Notes: generated by a model not told the origin, from the letters alone. A DNA stretch of 63,461 nucleotides from Deltaproteobacteria bacterium (GCA_019313245.1 JAFDBP010000056.1:1-63461); one strand, 5' to 3'. Shown: positions 9,702-17,883, counted from the first letter of the stretch. Translations and numbers: made by a program.

Positions 9702-9950
9702 CTAAGAGGCCTCGGAAGCGCTCGAGCGCAGCTCCCTGGGCCGGCGCTTGTGGAAGAAGCGCCGGGGCCGCGCGTACAACCACGACTCGGGGACGCGGTC
9801 CGATTCCGACCGCACCCTCGCACGCCCTTCGGCACAAGCGGTGCTGCAATACCAGGCGCCATCCACCTTGATCGAAGCGAGCCCGAGGCTGTCCCGGCAG
9901 CGCGCACAAGAACCGGCCCCGCTGGCGGGGCGATGATCAACTTTGCTCAT
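9702..9950 (-). CDS. small Cys-rich protein with TRASH/YHS-like zinc-ribbon motif (hypothetical)
   Basis: 82-aa ORF with C-x2-C-x16-C-x3-C (CARC...WYCSTACAEG), resembling the TRASH metal-binding signature, plus a basic C-terminal tail. No clear SD. Competing ORFs in other frames are Arg/Pro-rich junk. Confidence 0.45.
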   Translation of the reverse strand: MSKVDHRPASGAGSCARCRDSLGLASIKVDGAWYCSTACAEGRARVRSESDRVPESWLYARPRRFFHKRRPRELRSSASEAS

Positions 9951-10086
9951 GCGCCATAGAGTAGGCGTACGCGGCGCAGTGGCAAGGAGTTGCGACGGAA
10001 ATCAATCGCCGCCCAGAGCGACGAAACACGGAGCCGCACATCGGATGCGGCAATCTGACCCACACACCGCCCTACTCAAAACAACA

Positions 10087-10292
10087 CCCCTGGGCCCCCG
10101 CCAGTGGAATGCAACGAATCCACCGTACCGGTGTGCGCGGGTGAAGCCCCTGGGCCCCCGCCGGTGGAATGCAACGAATCCACCGTTGGGGGCTGCGCGG
10201 GCAGCCGGTGGAATGCAACGAATCCACCGTTGGGGGCTGCGCGGGCAGCCGGTGGAATGCAACGAATCCACCGCCGGGGTGTGCGCGGGCAG
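10087..10292. repeat. four tandem REP-like units (60, 58, 44, 44 bp), each carrying the hairpin CGGTGGA-N10-TCCACCG
   Basis: The core cc[a/g]gtggaatgcaacgaatccaccg occurs at 10101, 10161, 10205 and 10249. Units 1-2 also repeat cccctgggcccccgcc. Units 2-4 repeat g(g)ggctgcgcgggcag / gtgtgcgcgggcag. The array ends exactly at the exbD stop codon (10293-10295). Confidence 0.9.
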
Positions 10293-10721
10293 TTAGGAGT
10301 CCTTGGGATTGGGCCTTGTCGCCAGCGCAATGCCGCGCGCGCCGGCTTGCTGGGCGACGTCGAGAATGTTGACGGCCTGGCCGAGCAGCACGGCCTTGTC
10401 GCCGCGCAAGACGACGACCTTCTCGCGGGCATCGGTCAGCGCCGCCTCGAGGACCTCGAAGAGCCGTTCCTCGGACACGACCGCATCGTTGATCATGATC
10501 TCGCCATCCGAACCCACGGATACGGTCACGCCCTGCGGCGTCTCGTCGCTGACATCCGCGCCCGGCAGATCGATGTTCTTGCCCTGGTTCTGGATCACCG
10601 ACGTCGTCACCATGAAGATGACGAGCAGCACCAGGAAGACATCCGTCAGCGGCGTGATGTTGATTTCGGCGACAATCTCACCGTCTGCACTGTCGTGTTC
10701 AGGCTGGTACGAACTCGCCAC
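10293..10721 (-). CDS. exbD: biopolymer transport protein ExbD/TolR
   Basis: 142 aa. Contains AEINITPLTDVFLVLLVIFMV (signature TM) followed by a periplasmic domain (VVLRGDKAVLLGQAVNILDVAQQAG). Confidence 0.9.
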   Translation of the reverse strand: MASSYQPEHDSADGEIVAEINITPLTDVFLVLLVIFMVTTSVIQNQGKNIDLPGADVSDETPQGVTVSVGSDGEIMINDAVVSEERLFEVLEAALTDAREKVVVLRGDKAVLLGQAVNILDVAQQAGARGIALATRPNPKDS

Positions 10722-11379
10722 CCTGCACCTCCGCTCGGTTGGATCCGCCGCTTTCCGCCGTTTCGACGAAAATCAGCGCTTGTAGAAATCGCTCGCAAGA
10801 CCGCGCGTAGGTGGTGCTCAGCGAACTCGCGCGGGTCTGGAGATAGTTGAAGAAGGTCAGCGCCACGATGGCCACGAAGAGCCCCGCGGCCGTAGCGATC
10901 AGCGCTTCCGAAATACCCGAGGCCACGACCTCGAAACCGCCGACACCCTCGACCGCCATGCTGCGAAACGCGCGGATGATTCCGATGACCGTTCCGAACA
11001 GACCCACGTAGGGAGCGAGCGAGCCGATCGTCCCGATCACCCAGAGGCCGCGCTTGAGATCCGACGCGGCCTCCTGGCGCGCGGTGGACAACACCCGATC
11101 GAGATCCTCGATCGCGATGTCCCTCCAGCGCATCGCCTCGAGGAAGATCTTCGCGACCGGCGTTTTGGACTGCTCGCAAAGCGCTCGGGCGCCCTCGACG
11201 TCTCGCCTCACGAGCGACTCGATGGTCTCGCGGGTCACCTCGCGAGTCTGGTTCTCCAGGCCCTTATAGCGCCACATGCGCTCGAACAGAATTGCGAGCG
11301 TAATCACGGAAGCGATGAACAACGGAACCACCGTCAGGCGTCCGTCGTACAACAGCTGAATCAGTTCTTGCGCATCCAT
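10699..11379 (-). CDS. exbB: MotA/TolQ/ExbB proton-channel protein
   Basis: 226 aa with three TMs. Conserved block GLWVIGTIGSLAPYVGLFGTVIGIIRAF and ISEALIATAAGLFVAIVAL. Overlaps exbD by 23 nt. Confidence 0.9.
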   Translation of the reverse strand: MDAQELIQLLYDGRLTVVPLFIASVITLAILFERMWRYKGLENQTREVTRETIESLVRRDVEGARALCEQSKTPVAKIFLEAMRWRDIAIEDLDRVLSTARQEAASDLKRGLWVIGTIGSLAPYVGLFGTVIGIIRAFRSMAVEGVGGFEVVASGISEALIATAAGLFVAIVALTFFNYLQTRASSLSTTYARSCERFLQALIFVETAESGGSNRAEVQGGEFVPA

Positions 11380-11604
11380 CAGCGCCCCTCCTCGCTTGCA
11401 TCGCCCCAGAAGCCCGGGCGAAGCATCTCGCCGGCATCCGCCTCGGCGTCATTCCCGCTTTTGATTCGGCAGGTTACCCGAACGAACGCACCCCACCAGC
11501 ACACGCCAGTCACATCGCCAACCGGGGGGAACGAGCTACACCAGCCCACTCGCGTCCGGCGCCTCGCAACCGGCCCTTCGACCCCTCATCCCCTACAACT
11601 TGAA

Positions 11605-11619
11605 CGGAAAATTTTTCCG
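11605..11619. promoter_or_regulatory. perfect 7-1-7 palindrome CGGAAAAtTTTTCCG in the exbB / tonB-like divergent intergenic region (candidate operator)
   Basis: This is the only AT-rich island in a ~490-bp GC-rich divergent spacer. It is flanked by TTGAAC (11600-11605) on the + strand. No known regulator could be assigned. Confidence 0.35.
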
Positions 11620-11868
11620 GTCCCATTTAAGCGCCGTTTGGCCGAAGAAGCCAGTAGGCGTGTGCGTCTCAGGGGCATCGCTATCATCGCAGTGGAAACC
11701 CCGGCAGTGCTTCCGGGGTCCAACCGGCTGGGGCGTATAGCTGAAAGCAGAGGCAAAAGCCGGTAACCCGTAACAGCGGATGGCAATCGGCGGTGTCGCG
11801 CGCTGGCGTGAACGAGCCGCAAGCAAACGGAAGGTTCGACCGGAAACTTCGGAGCAAGCTCGCCCACG

Positions 11869-12993
11869 ATGACACGGCACTCCATCCTTCGACCTCGCAG
11901 CGCGAGCAAGCGCACCCGGCGACGGGTGAGCGCGGCCTTCGTCCAGCCCGCCGCGGCGGGCGGGGCGCCGACCGAATTCCCGATGGAGTTCTACGAGCCC
12001 GACGAGGGCAAGAGCACGCTCGCGACGGGCAGTATCTCTGCGGCGATCCACCTCGGTGCGATCGGCCTGCTGTTTCTCCTCGCGGCCCTCAACCCCGAGG
12101 TCGTCGAGGAAATCATCCCGGTTCAGCTGCTTCGCGAAGAGATGCCCAAGGCGCCGGCACCCGCCCGTAGGGCTCTCGCGGAGCGTCGCAAGCTCGATTT
12201 CGCGCCGGCGATGCAGACCGTTCAACCGCAGATCGTCAACAAGCGCGTGATCGCCAACGCCGCGCCCGCGATCGACGCGGAAATGCTGCAGATGGATTCG
12301 CTCAACGCCGCGGCCGCGCCGACGCAGGTGAAACGCTCCGCGATCGACGTCGATCGCGTTTCGGCCATCAGCGCAGTCGGCGGCTACCAGGCCTCGAAGG
12401 TCGAAGTCAATCAGGCGGCGGGCCCCGCGGTTCGCGGTCCGATCGGAGCCGCCGCCCCAGTCGGCCCCTCCGTGGGTCCGCGCAAAGTGGCCGGCACCGA
12501 CGGGAACAGCTTCGGCACCGGCTCTCTCGCGATCAACCAGGGCTCGTCGGTCCGCGATGGCGTGCTCACCTCTCGGGATGTCGTCGGCTCTCCCACCGGC
12601 CCCGTGCTCGTCAGCGTCGACACGGCGGTCGGCGAGGGAAACCTCAGCGGTCCGGGCGGAACCGGCTCCGGCCTGCTGCCCGATGAAAGCAGCAAGGACT
12701 GCACCGAGCGGCCCGAGGTCCAGGCCTATCTCGATGTGCTCTACCAGAAGATCTACTCGCGCTGGACCCTGCCCTACGGAATCGAGAACAAACGCGTGAC
12801 CCTGCGCTTCGAGATCGACGTCGCGGGCTCCACCTCGAGCATCCAGCTCGTCAAGGGCGACAACGCCATCGGCGCGAGCGCCATCGACGCCATGCGCGCG
12901 TCCTCTCCCTTCCCTCCGATGCCCGATGGCGCGCGTTGCCTCGCCAACCGACACGTCACCGCGACCTTCTCCAGCTCGTCCATTGCAGGCTAA
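11869..12993 (+). CDS. TonB-family energy transducer-like protein (N-terminal anchor, long Pro/Ala/Gly linker, TonB_C-like domain)
   Basis: TM anchor ISAAIHLGAIGLLFLLAAL. Linker is rich in P/A/G/V. C-terminus YLDVLYQKIYSRWTLPYG...VTLRFEIDVAGSTSSIQLVKG...AIDAMRASSPFPPMP fits the TonB C-terminal pattern. Start uncertain (ATG 11869 or ATG 11983, MEFYEPDEG). Confidence 0.7.
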   Translation: MTRHSILRPRSASKRTRRRVSAAFVQPAAAGGAPTEFPMEFYEPDEGKSTLATGSISAAIHLGAIGLLFLLAALNPEVVEEIIPVQLLREEMPKAPAPARRALAERRKLDFAPAMQTVQPQIVNKRVIANAAPAIDAEMLQMDSLNAAAAPTQVKRSAIDVDRVSAISAVGGYQASKVEVNQAAGPAVRGPIGAAAPVGPSVGPRKVAGTDGNSFGTGSLAINQGSSVRDGVLTSRDVVGSPTGPVLVSVDTAVGEGNLSGPGGTGSGLLPDESSKDCTERPEVQAYLDVLYQKIYSRWTLPYGIENKRVTLRFEIDVAGSTSSIQLVKGDNAIGASAIDAMRASSPFPPMPDGARCLANRHVTATFSSSSIAG

Positions 12994-15900
12994 GCGCGTT
13001 CACTCCGACGAGATCCGCTACCGCGTGGCCGCCGCCGCACCGGCCCTCACAGCTCTCTTTGCACTGCTCGCAAGCATCGCCATGCCACTCGCGGGCGCTC
13101 GCGCGGCGTGCGCTCCGATCGAGCTCCTCTACGACGAGAACGAAAACATCCACGAGAAGCGGGTCGATCACAATAAAGACTGCACGTACGACGAAATCGT
13201 CTACTACGCGAGCGGCACCCCCGAGCGCGCCGAGAAGGACACCGACCTCAACGGCGCGTTCGACATCTGGATCTACTTCGGACGCGACGGGGAACCCAGC
13301 CGGCAGGAAGAGGACACCACCGGAGACGGCAAGGCCGACCGCTGGGTCCAGTACAAGGACGGCAAGCCGAGCACCCAGCTCGACGACAAGAATGGGGACG
13401 GCAAGGTAGACACCACGCTCAACTACAGCGGCGACCAGCCCGAGCGCCTCGAGGAAGACACCAACTTCGATGGCAAGCCAGATCGCGTCACGACCTACGA
13501 GAACGGAGTCGTCGCCGCCGTCGAAGCCGACAAGGATTACAGCGGACGGCCGGACGTCCGCGCGCGCTTCAATCCGGACGGGAGCAAGAGCGTCGAGGAG
13601 CAGGACACCAGTGGGGACGGCAAGTACGACGCGGTCATCTACTTCGAAAACGACGTCAAGGTAAAGCTCGAGGAAGACACGACCGCCGACGGCAAGAAGG
13701 ATGTCGTGACCTTCTTCGAGGCGGGAGTCATCGTCAAGAAGCAGGCCGACACCACCGGAGACGGCCACTTCGATCGCATTGCACGCTACGAAGACGGCAT
13801 CGAACGCACCCAGATCCAGGATGAAGACGCCGACGGAAGGCCGGAGCGCGTGGTCCACCTGGGCGTCGACGGCAAGATGGAGCGCGAGGAGATCGACACC
13901 ACTGCCGACGGCAAGGCCAACCTCTTCCGCTTCTACGCGAGCGGCAAGCGAGTGCGCGAAGAAGAGGATTCCAACGCAGACGGGAAAGCCGACATCATCA
14001 CCACCGTCGATGGCGATACGCCGATCCATCGAGAGGCCGACACGACCGGAGATGGCCTCAAGGATACGGTGGTCGACTTCCGCAATGGGAAGAAGACGAG
14101 GCAGTCCGAAGATCGCGACGGAGACGGTCGACCGGACGTCCGCTACGCGTTCGACGACGACGAGGCGGTCCGAACCGAAGAGTTGGACGAGGACCGCGAC
14201 GGGCACTTCGAAATTTCGATCGAATACGCAAACGGCAAGCGCGCGCGTCGGCTCATCACGCCCAAGGGCAAGCAGCAACCCGAGCGCGTCGAGTTCTACG
14301 AAAACGAGAAGCTCGCCCGCGCCGAGGTGGACGAAGACGGCGACGGCCGCCCCGACCTCTGGAACATCCACGCGCCGAGCGGCGAACTGATCCGGCAAGA
14401 GCAGGACTCGGACCACAACGGAAAGATCGACACCTGGATCGATCTCGATCCCAAGACCGGCAAAGAGCTCGCCGTACGTCGGGACAGCGATGACGACCAG
14501 AAGATCGACAGCTGGCGCAAGAACGCCCCCGACGGCTCTCCTCTCACCGTGGAAGAGGACCGCAATCGGGACGAGAAGGTCGACCGCAAGGTCTCCTTTG
14601 CGGATGGCAGACCCGCGAAGTTCGAAGAGGACACCGACTTCAACGGGAAGGTCGATTTTCGCGGCACGCTCGACACATCCGGCGCCGTCGAGCACGAGGA
14701 GCGCGACACCACGGGCGATGGTCGCTTCGACACGGCGGTCACCTACGACGGCGGGGTCAAGATCCGCGAAGAGCGGGATACCCGGGCCGATGGCCGGTTC
14801 GACGTCGTCACCCACTTCGAAAACGGCGTGCAGGTTCGGCAGGAGCAGGACACCCAGGGCGACGGCAAATTCGACTCGACGATGGTCTTCGAGGGCGGTC
14901 GCGAAAGGATCCAGACCCGCGACACCAACGACGACGGCAAGCCCGACGTCGTCGTCTACCTGGACTCGGAAAATCGACCGGAACGGGATGAAATCGACAC
15001 CAACGCCGATGGGAAGCCGGACCACAAGAATTTTTACGTAATGGGCGAGCGGGTTCGCGACGAAGTCGACCAGGATTTCGACGGTCGATTCGAAATGGTG
15101 ACGACCTACAAAGACGCCAAGCCCCACCGGACGGAAACCGACCTCGATGGCGACGGCTCCACGGACCTGATGATCGAATACGAGAACGGCTCGAAGACCG
15201 TGCAGCGCGAAGATCGAAACACCGACGGGAAATTCGACCTGATCACCTACTTCGACGCAGCTGAAAAGCCCGACCGGATCGAAGAAGACACGGACCACGA
15301 CGCGCGGTTCGAGACCGTCACCTTCTACGAGTCGGGCGCAAAGGTAAGGGCGGAAAAGGACCGCAACGGCGATCAAAAGCCCGACGTATTCATCTACTTC
15401 GAGGGTGGCCAGATTGCACGCCAGGAGGAGGACACCGACTTCGACGGCGTCATCGATCTGCGCAACCGGGTCGGCGCAAAGGGCGGGCGGATCCAGGAAG
15501 TGGACACGAACGCAGACGGTGTGATCGACACCTGGCTCACGAGCGATGCCGAGGGGAACGTCGTCAAGAAGGAAGAAGATCAGAGTGGCGACGGGAAAGC
15601 AGATCTGATCGTGTTCTTCAAGAACGGCAAGATCGAGCGCCTCGAGCAGGACACCGATGCGGGAGGCTGCATCGACCTGAAGCAGTGGTTCAATGCGGAC
15701 GAGAAGGTTCGAGCCGAATATCGGGACAGCACCGGAGATTGCAGGACCGACATCTGGAGCTACTTCGAGAACGACATCCTGGTGCGGCAGGGCCAGGACA
15801 CGCTCGGCAAGGGCTGGCCGCAGACCTTGAATCACTTCGATTCCAACGGAGTCCTGACCATCCAGGAGTCGACCGGCGAAGGGGGACGCAACCCGGAGAA

Positions 15901-16303
15901 GAAGTTGTTCCTGAACAGCGCCGGCGAAGTGACTTCTCAATGCCTACTGGATGGCGAGGGCAAGAAGCTCAGCGTGCGCGCGATCGTCGTCGGCGGCGTG
16001 GTGACGGAGGTATTGATCGACACGACGGGCAACGGCGTGGCGGATACCCGCGAGGTGTACGAAGGCGGAAAGTCCGTGAGAACGGATGTCGATACCAACG
16101 ACGATCGCAAGCCCGACGTCTCGATCTCGACCGCACCGAACGGCGCGTCGAGGCAGGACGAGGACACCGACTTCGACGGAATCGTCGATCACCGGTTCGA
16201 TGGCGATACGCCCGTCGACCTGCCCGCCGACACCAGGCTGGCCGGCGAGAAATTCGGCAAAATCGACTGCGGGAGTTTCCACCGCTTCTGGTGGAAGCGC
16301 TGA
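12926..16303 (+). CDS. secreted, highly acidic tandem-repeat protein: about 38 units of ~24 aa with a DxDxDGxxD Ca-binding-like loop
   Basis: Uninterrupted 3.4-kb ORF. Hydrophobic signal-like segment ALTALFALLASIAMPLAGARAA. Consecutive units then follow, such as DTTGDGKADRWVQYKDGKPSTQLD / DTSGDGKYDAVIYFENDVKVKLEE / DTTADGKKDVVTFFEAGVIVKKQA. Start uncertain: ATG 12926 overlaps the tonB-like gene by 68 nt, and in-frame GTG 13025 lies just before the hydrophobic segment. Confidence 0.85.
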   Translation: MARVASPTDTSPRPSPARPLQAKRVHSDEIRYRVAAAAPALTALFALLASIAMPLAGARAACAPIELLYDENENIHEKRVDHNKDCTYDEIVYYASGTPERAEKDTDLNGAFDIWIYFGRDGEPSRQEEDTTGDGKADRWVQYKDGKPSTQLDDKNGDGKVDTTLNYSGDQPERLEEDTNFDGKPDRVTTYENGVVAAVEADKDYSGRPDVRARFNPDGSKSVEEQDTSGDGKYDAVIYFENDVKVKLEEDTTADGKKDVVTFFEAGVIVKKQADTTGDGHFDRIARYEDGIERTQIQDEDADGRPERVVHLGVDGKMEREEIDTTADGKANLFRFYASGKRVREEEDSNADGKADIITTVDGDTPIHREADTTGDGLKDTVVDFRNGKKTRQSEDRDGDGRPDVRYAFDDDEAVRTEELDEDRDGHFEISIEYANGKRARRLITPKGKQQPERVEFYENEKLARAEVDEDGDGRPDLWNIHAPSGELIRQEQDSDHNGKIDTWIDLDPKTGKELAVRRDSDDDQKIDSWRKNAPDGSPLTVEEDRNRDEKVDRKVSFADGRPAKFEEDTDFNGKVDFRGTLDTSGAVEHEERDTTGDGRFDTAVTYDGGVKIREERDTRADGRFDVVTHFENGVQVRQEQDTQGDGKFDSTMVFEGGRERIQTRDTNDDGKPDVVVYLDSENRPERDEIDTNADGKPDHKNFYVMGERVRDEVDQDFDGRFEMVTTYKDAKPHRTETDLDGDGSTDLMIEYENGSKTVQREDRNTDGKFDLITYFDAAEKPDRIEEDTDHDARFETVTFYESGAKVRAEKDRNGDQKPDVFIYFEGGQIARQEEDTDFDGVIDLRNRVGAKGGRIQEVDTNADGVIDTWLTSDAEGNVVKKEEDQSGDGKADLIVFFKNGKIERLEQDTDAGGCIDLKQWFNADEKVRAEYRDSTGDCRTDIWSYFENDILVRQGQDTLGKGWPQTLNHFDSNGVLTIQESTGEGGRNPEKKLFLNSAGEVTSQCLLDGEGKKLSVRAIVVGGVVTEVLIDTTGNGVADTREVYEGGKSVRTDVDTNDDRKPDVSISTAPNGASRQDEDTDFDGIVDHRFDGDTPVDLPADTRLAGEKFGKIDCGSFHRFWWKR

Positions 16304-16334
16304 TCCGGTTGCGATCGAAAACGCGTTTCGGGTG

Positions 16335-17087
16335 TTATCCCGACTTGGCTCGTTCCGAGCAATAGAGCGCAGAGGCCGCGTGGGTCGCCAGTAGATCGAA
16401 GAGCTCGAAGTCGAGTGGCGCCAGCCGCTTCTGCTTCTGATCCAACAACCGAAACACCGCGATCGCGCCGATCAGCTTGCCGTCGAGCACCAGGGGAACA
16501 CAGGCGGTCAACCCCGAATCGGCATCGATCACTTCTCCGTCGATCGAGTTGACGACGTATCGCTGCCCCGTCCTCACGACTTCCTGGAGCGCCCCCGACG
16601 CCTCCTCGATGCGGCTTTCGTTCAGCCTGACGCGCTCGAGCTCCTCCAGGTCGATACCGAGCGAATCGACGAGGTTGAATTTGCCGGTCTCGCTGTCCAG
16701 CTCGAAGATCGCGAGCTCTTCGGAACCGATCATGTTGACGACGATCTCCTCGATCACCGCGATCACCTCGTTCCGATCGACCGTCTCGTGAAGCCGATAA
16801 CTGGCCACGTACAGGCTGGCGAGGTCGCTGTTCTGCTGTTCGATCTCCTGGTACTGATCCAGCAGGCTCTGGCTCTCGCTCTCGATCTGTTCGATCCGCT
16901 CGGCGAGCTTTTGTCGTTCCGATTCGGCGATTCCGAGCTGCTGCTCATCCTGCCGTCGCTGTTCCTCGAGATCGCTCACGAGTGAGCGCAGGCGAGCGTT
17001 CTCCTCGATCAGCTTTTCGATGTATTTGTGGGTGTTGTCACGAACCTGGAGGACGTAGTCCTCGTTTCGCCCTTCGTCATTTTTCAT
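16335..17087 (-). CDS. coiled-coil plus GAF domain protein
   Basis: ATG at 17087 (MKNDEGRNE). About 90 aa of heptad-like E/Q/L-rich sequence (LIEENARLRSLVSDLEEQRRQDEQQL...). Then a GAF-like domain (IVVNMIGSEELAIFELD...ACVPLVLDGKLIGAIAVFRLL). Confidence 0.8.
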   Translation of the reverse strand: MKNDEGRNEDYVLQVRDNTHKYIEKLIEENARLRSLVSDLEEQRRQDEQQLGIAESERQKLAERIEQIESESQSLLDQYQEIEQQNSDLASLYVASYRLHETVDRNEVIAVIEEIVVNMIGSEELAIFELDSETGKFNLVDSLGIDLEELERVRLNESRIEEASGALQEVVRTGQRYVVNSIDGEVIDADSGLTACVPLVLDGKLIGAIAVFRLLDQKQKRLAPLDFELFDLLATHAASALYCSERAKSG

Positions 17088-17147
17088 CGCGTATCCCGGT
17101 TCGAATGCTTTCGCGCCAGGACCCGCACCCAATCCCGGCGTCTCGGT

Positions 17148-17531
17148 TCATTGCTTGCGGCCGTCCGGCAGTTTGTGAATCTTCTCCAGCAATTCGACGG
17201 CGCCGATCGGCTTGAAGATGTAATCGTTGCAGCCGCTCGCGAAGCCTTCGTCGACATGCGCCGGCTCGCTACGCGTCGTCACCATGATGATCGGAATCGA
17301 CTCGGTGGCCTCGTGACCTCGGATCAGGCGGCACGCCTCGAAGCCGTTCATTCGCGGCATCACGACGTCCATCAGGATGAGGTCGGGCTGTTCGGCCACG
17401 GCCTTTTCGACACCCTTGATGCCATCCTCGGCCGTGATGACCTCGCAACCTCTCAGCGACCGCAGGATCAGCTCCTGGGTCATCGCGGCCACTTTCGAAT
17501 CGTCGACGATGAGGATCTTCTTCGGTTGCAT
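17148..17531 (-). CDS. single-domain response regulator (CheY-like receiver)
   Basis: KILIVDDS, phospho-acceptor context DLILMDVVMPRMNG, IIMVTT, and DYIFKP with the conserved Lys. Lies 60 nt upstream of the GAF gene on the same strand. Confidence 0.92.
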   Translation of the reverse strand: MQPKKILIVDDSKVAAMTQELILRSLRGCEVITAEDGIKGVEKAVAEQPDLILMDVVMPRMNGFEACRLIRGHEATESIPIIMVTTRSEPAHVDEGFASGCNDYIFKPIGAVELLEKIHKLPDGRKQ

Positions 17532-17883
17532 CTACACTCCCGCTGGAACCGTCGAACCCGGACAGCGCGTCCCTGGGAAATTCCACATCCGCTCGTTAGA
17601 GCGTATCGGCTACCCGCACACCAGCTTGACCGCAACCGGCAAGAAGCCCCGGAAGGGCCGCGGAAAGGCCCGGGATCGCTCATCCGGGCGATTCACCACG
17701 GCGCGCATTGCGGTTCGTCCACCATCGGTTCGCGTGTCGATTGGATTTTCCAGGCCAGATCGATCTTCGGGCGGCTTGGCAGAGCATCTCGCTCTATACT
17801 GAGCGCCCGAATTCGAGCGACGGACCTCGCAACTTCCGGGCGTCCCGTCGGACACCCTTTTTGCGGAACTGCGAGGGACATCC

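Noticed and set aside
10087-10292. CRISPR array hypothesis for the tandem repeats.
   Set aside because: There are only four units. The 'spacers' (19-35 bp) are themselves repeated and not unique. No cas genes or leader are present. The structure fits a REP/BIME-like tandem hairpin instead.
11640-11800. Cobalamin (or other) riboswitch in the leader of the tonB-like gene.
   Set aside because: Some GC hairpins and an AGCCGGTAACCCG stretch vaguely recall a B12 box. However, the conserved GGGAA / GCCACTG / AGYCAGGAGACCTGCC elements are not present. I cannot support this without an Infernal scan.
12926-13100. Lipoprotein (lipobox) or Tat signal for the repeat protein.
   Set aside because: The sequence before Cys is R-A-A-C, lacking the hydrophobic -3 residue of a lipobox. 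There is no twin-arginine motif. An ordinary Sec signal is more likely, and the start codon is unresolved.
12956-15940. Very long antisense or alternate-frame ORFs. Examples: 12956..15940 (-), 98..1480 (-), 2331..3809 (-), 30299..31924 (-), 17794..18795 (-), 34486..35910 (-), 35720..36817 (-), 48701..50653 (+), 45926..47713 (+).
   Set aside because: They lie opposite or out of frame to ORFs with clear family motifs. Their translations are Arg/Ala/Pro/Gly-rich low-complexity strings with no recognisable motifs. This is the expected stop-codon-poor artefact of high-GC DNA.
16304-16334. Terminator hairpin cgaaa-acgcg-tttcg between the repeat-protein gene and the GAF gene. Also gcccc-gtgc-ggggc at ~58346-58359 after yejF.
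   Set aside because: The stems are only 5 bp and lack U-tracts. Too weak to call.
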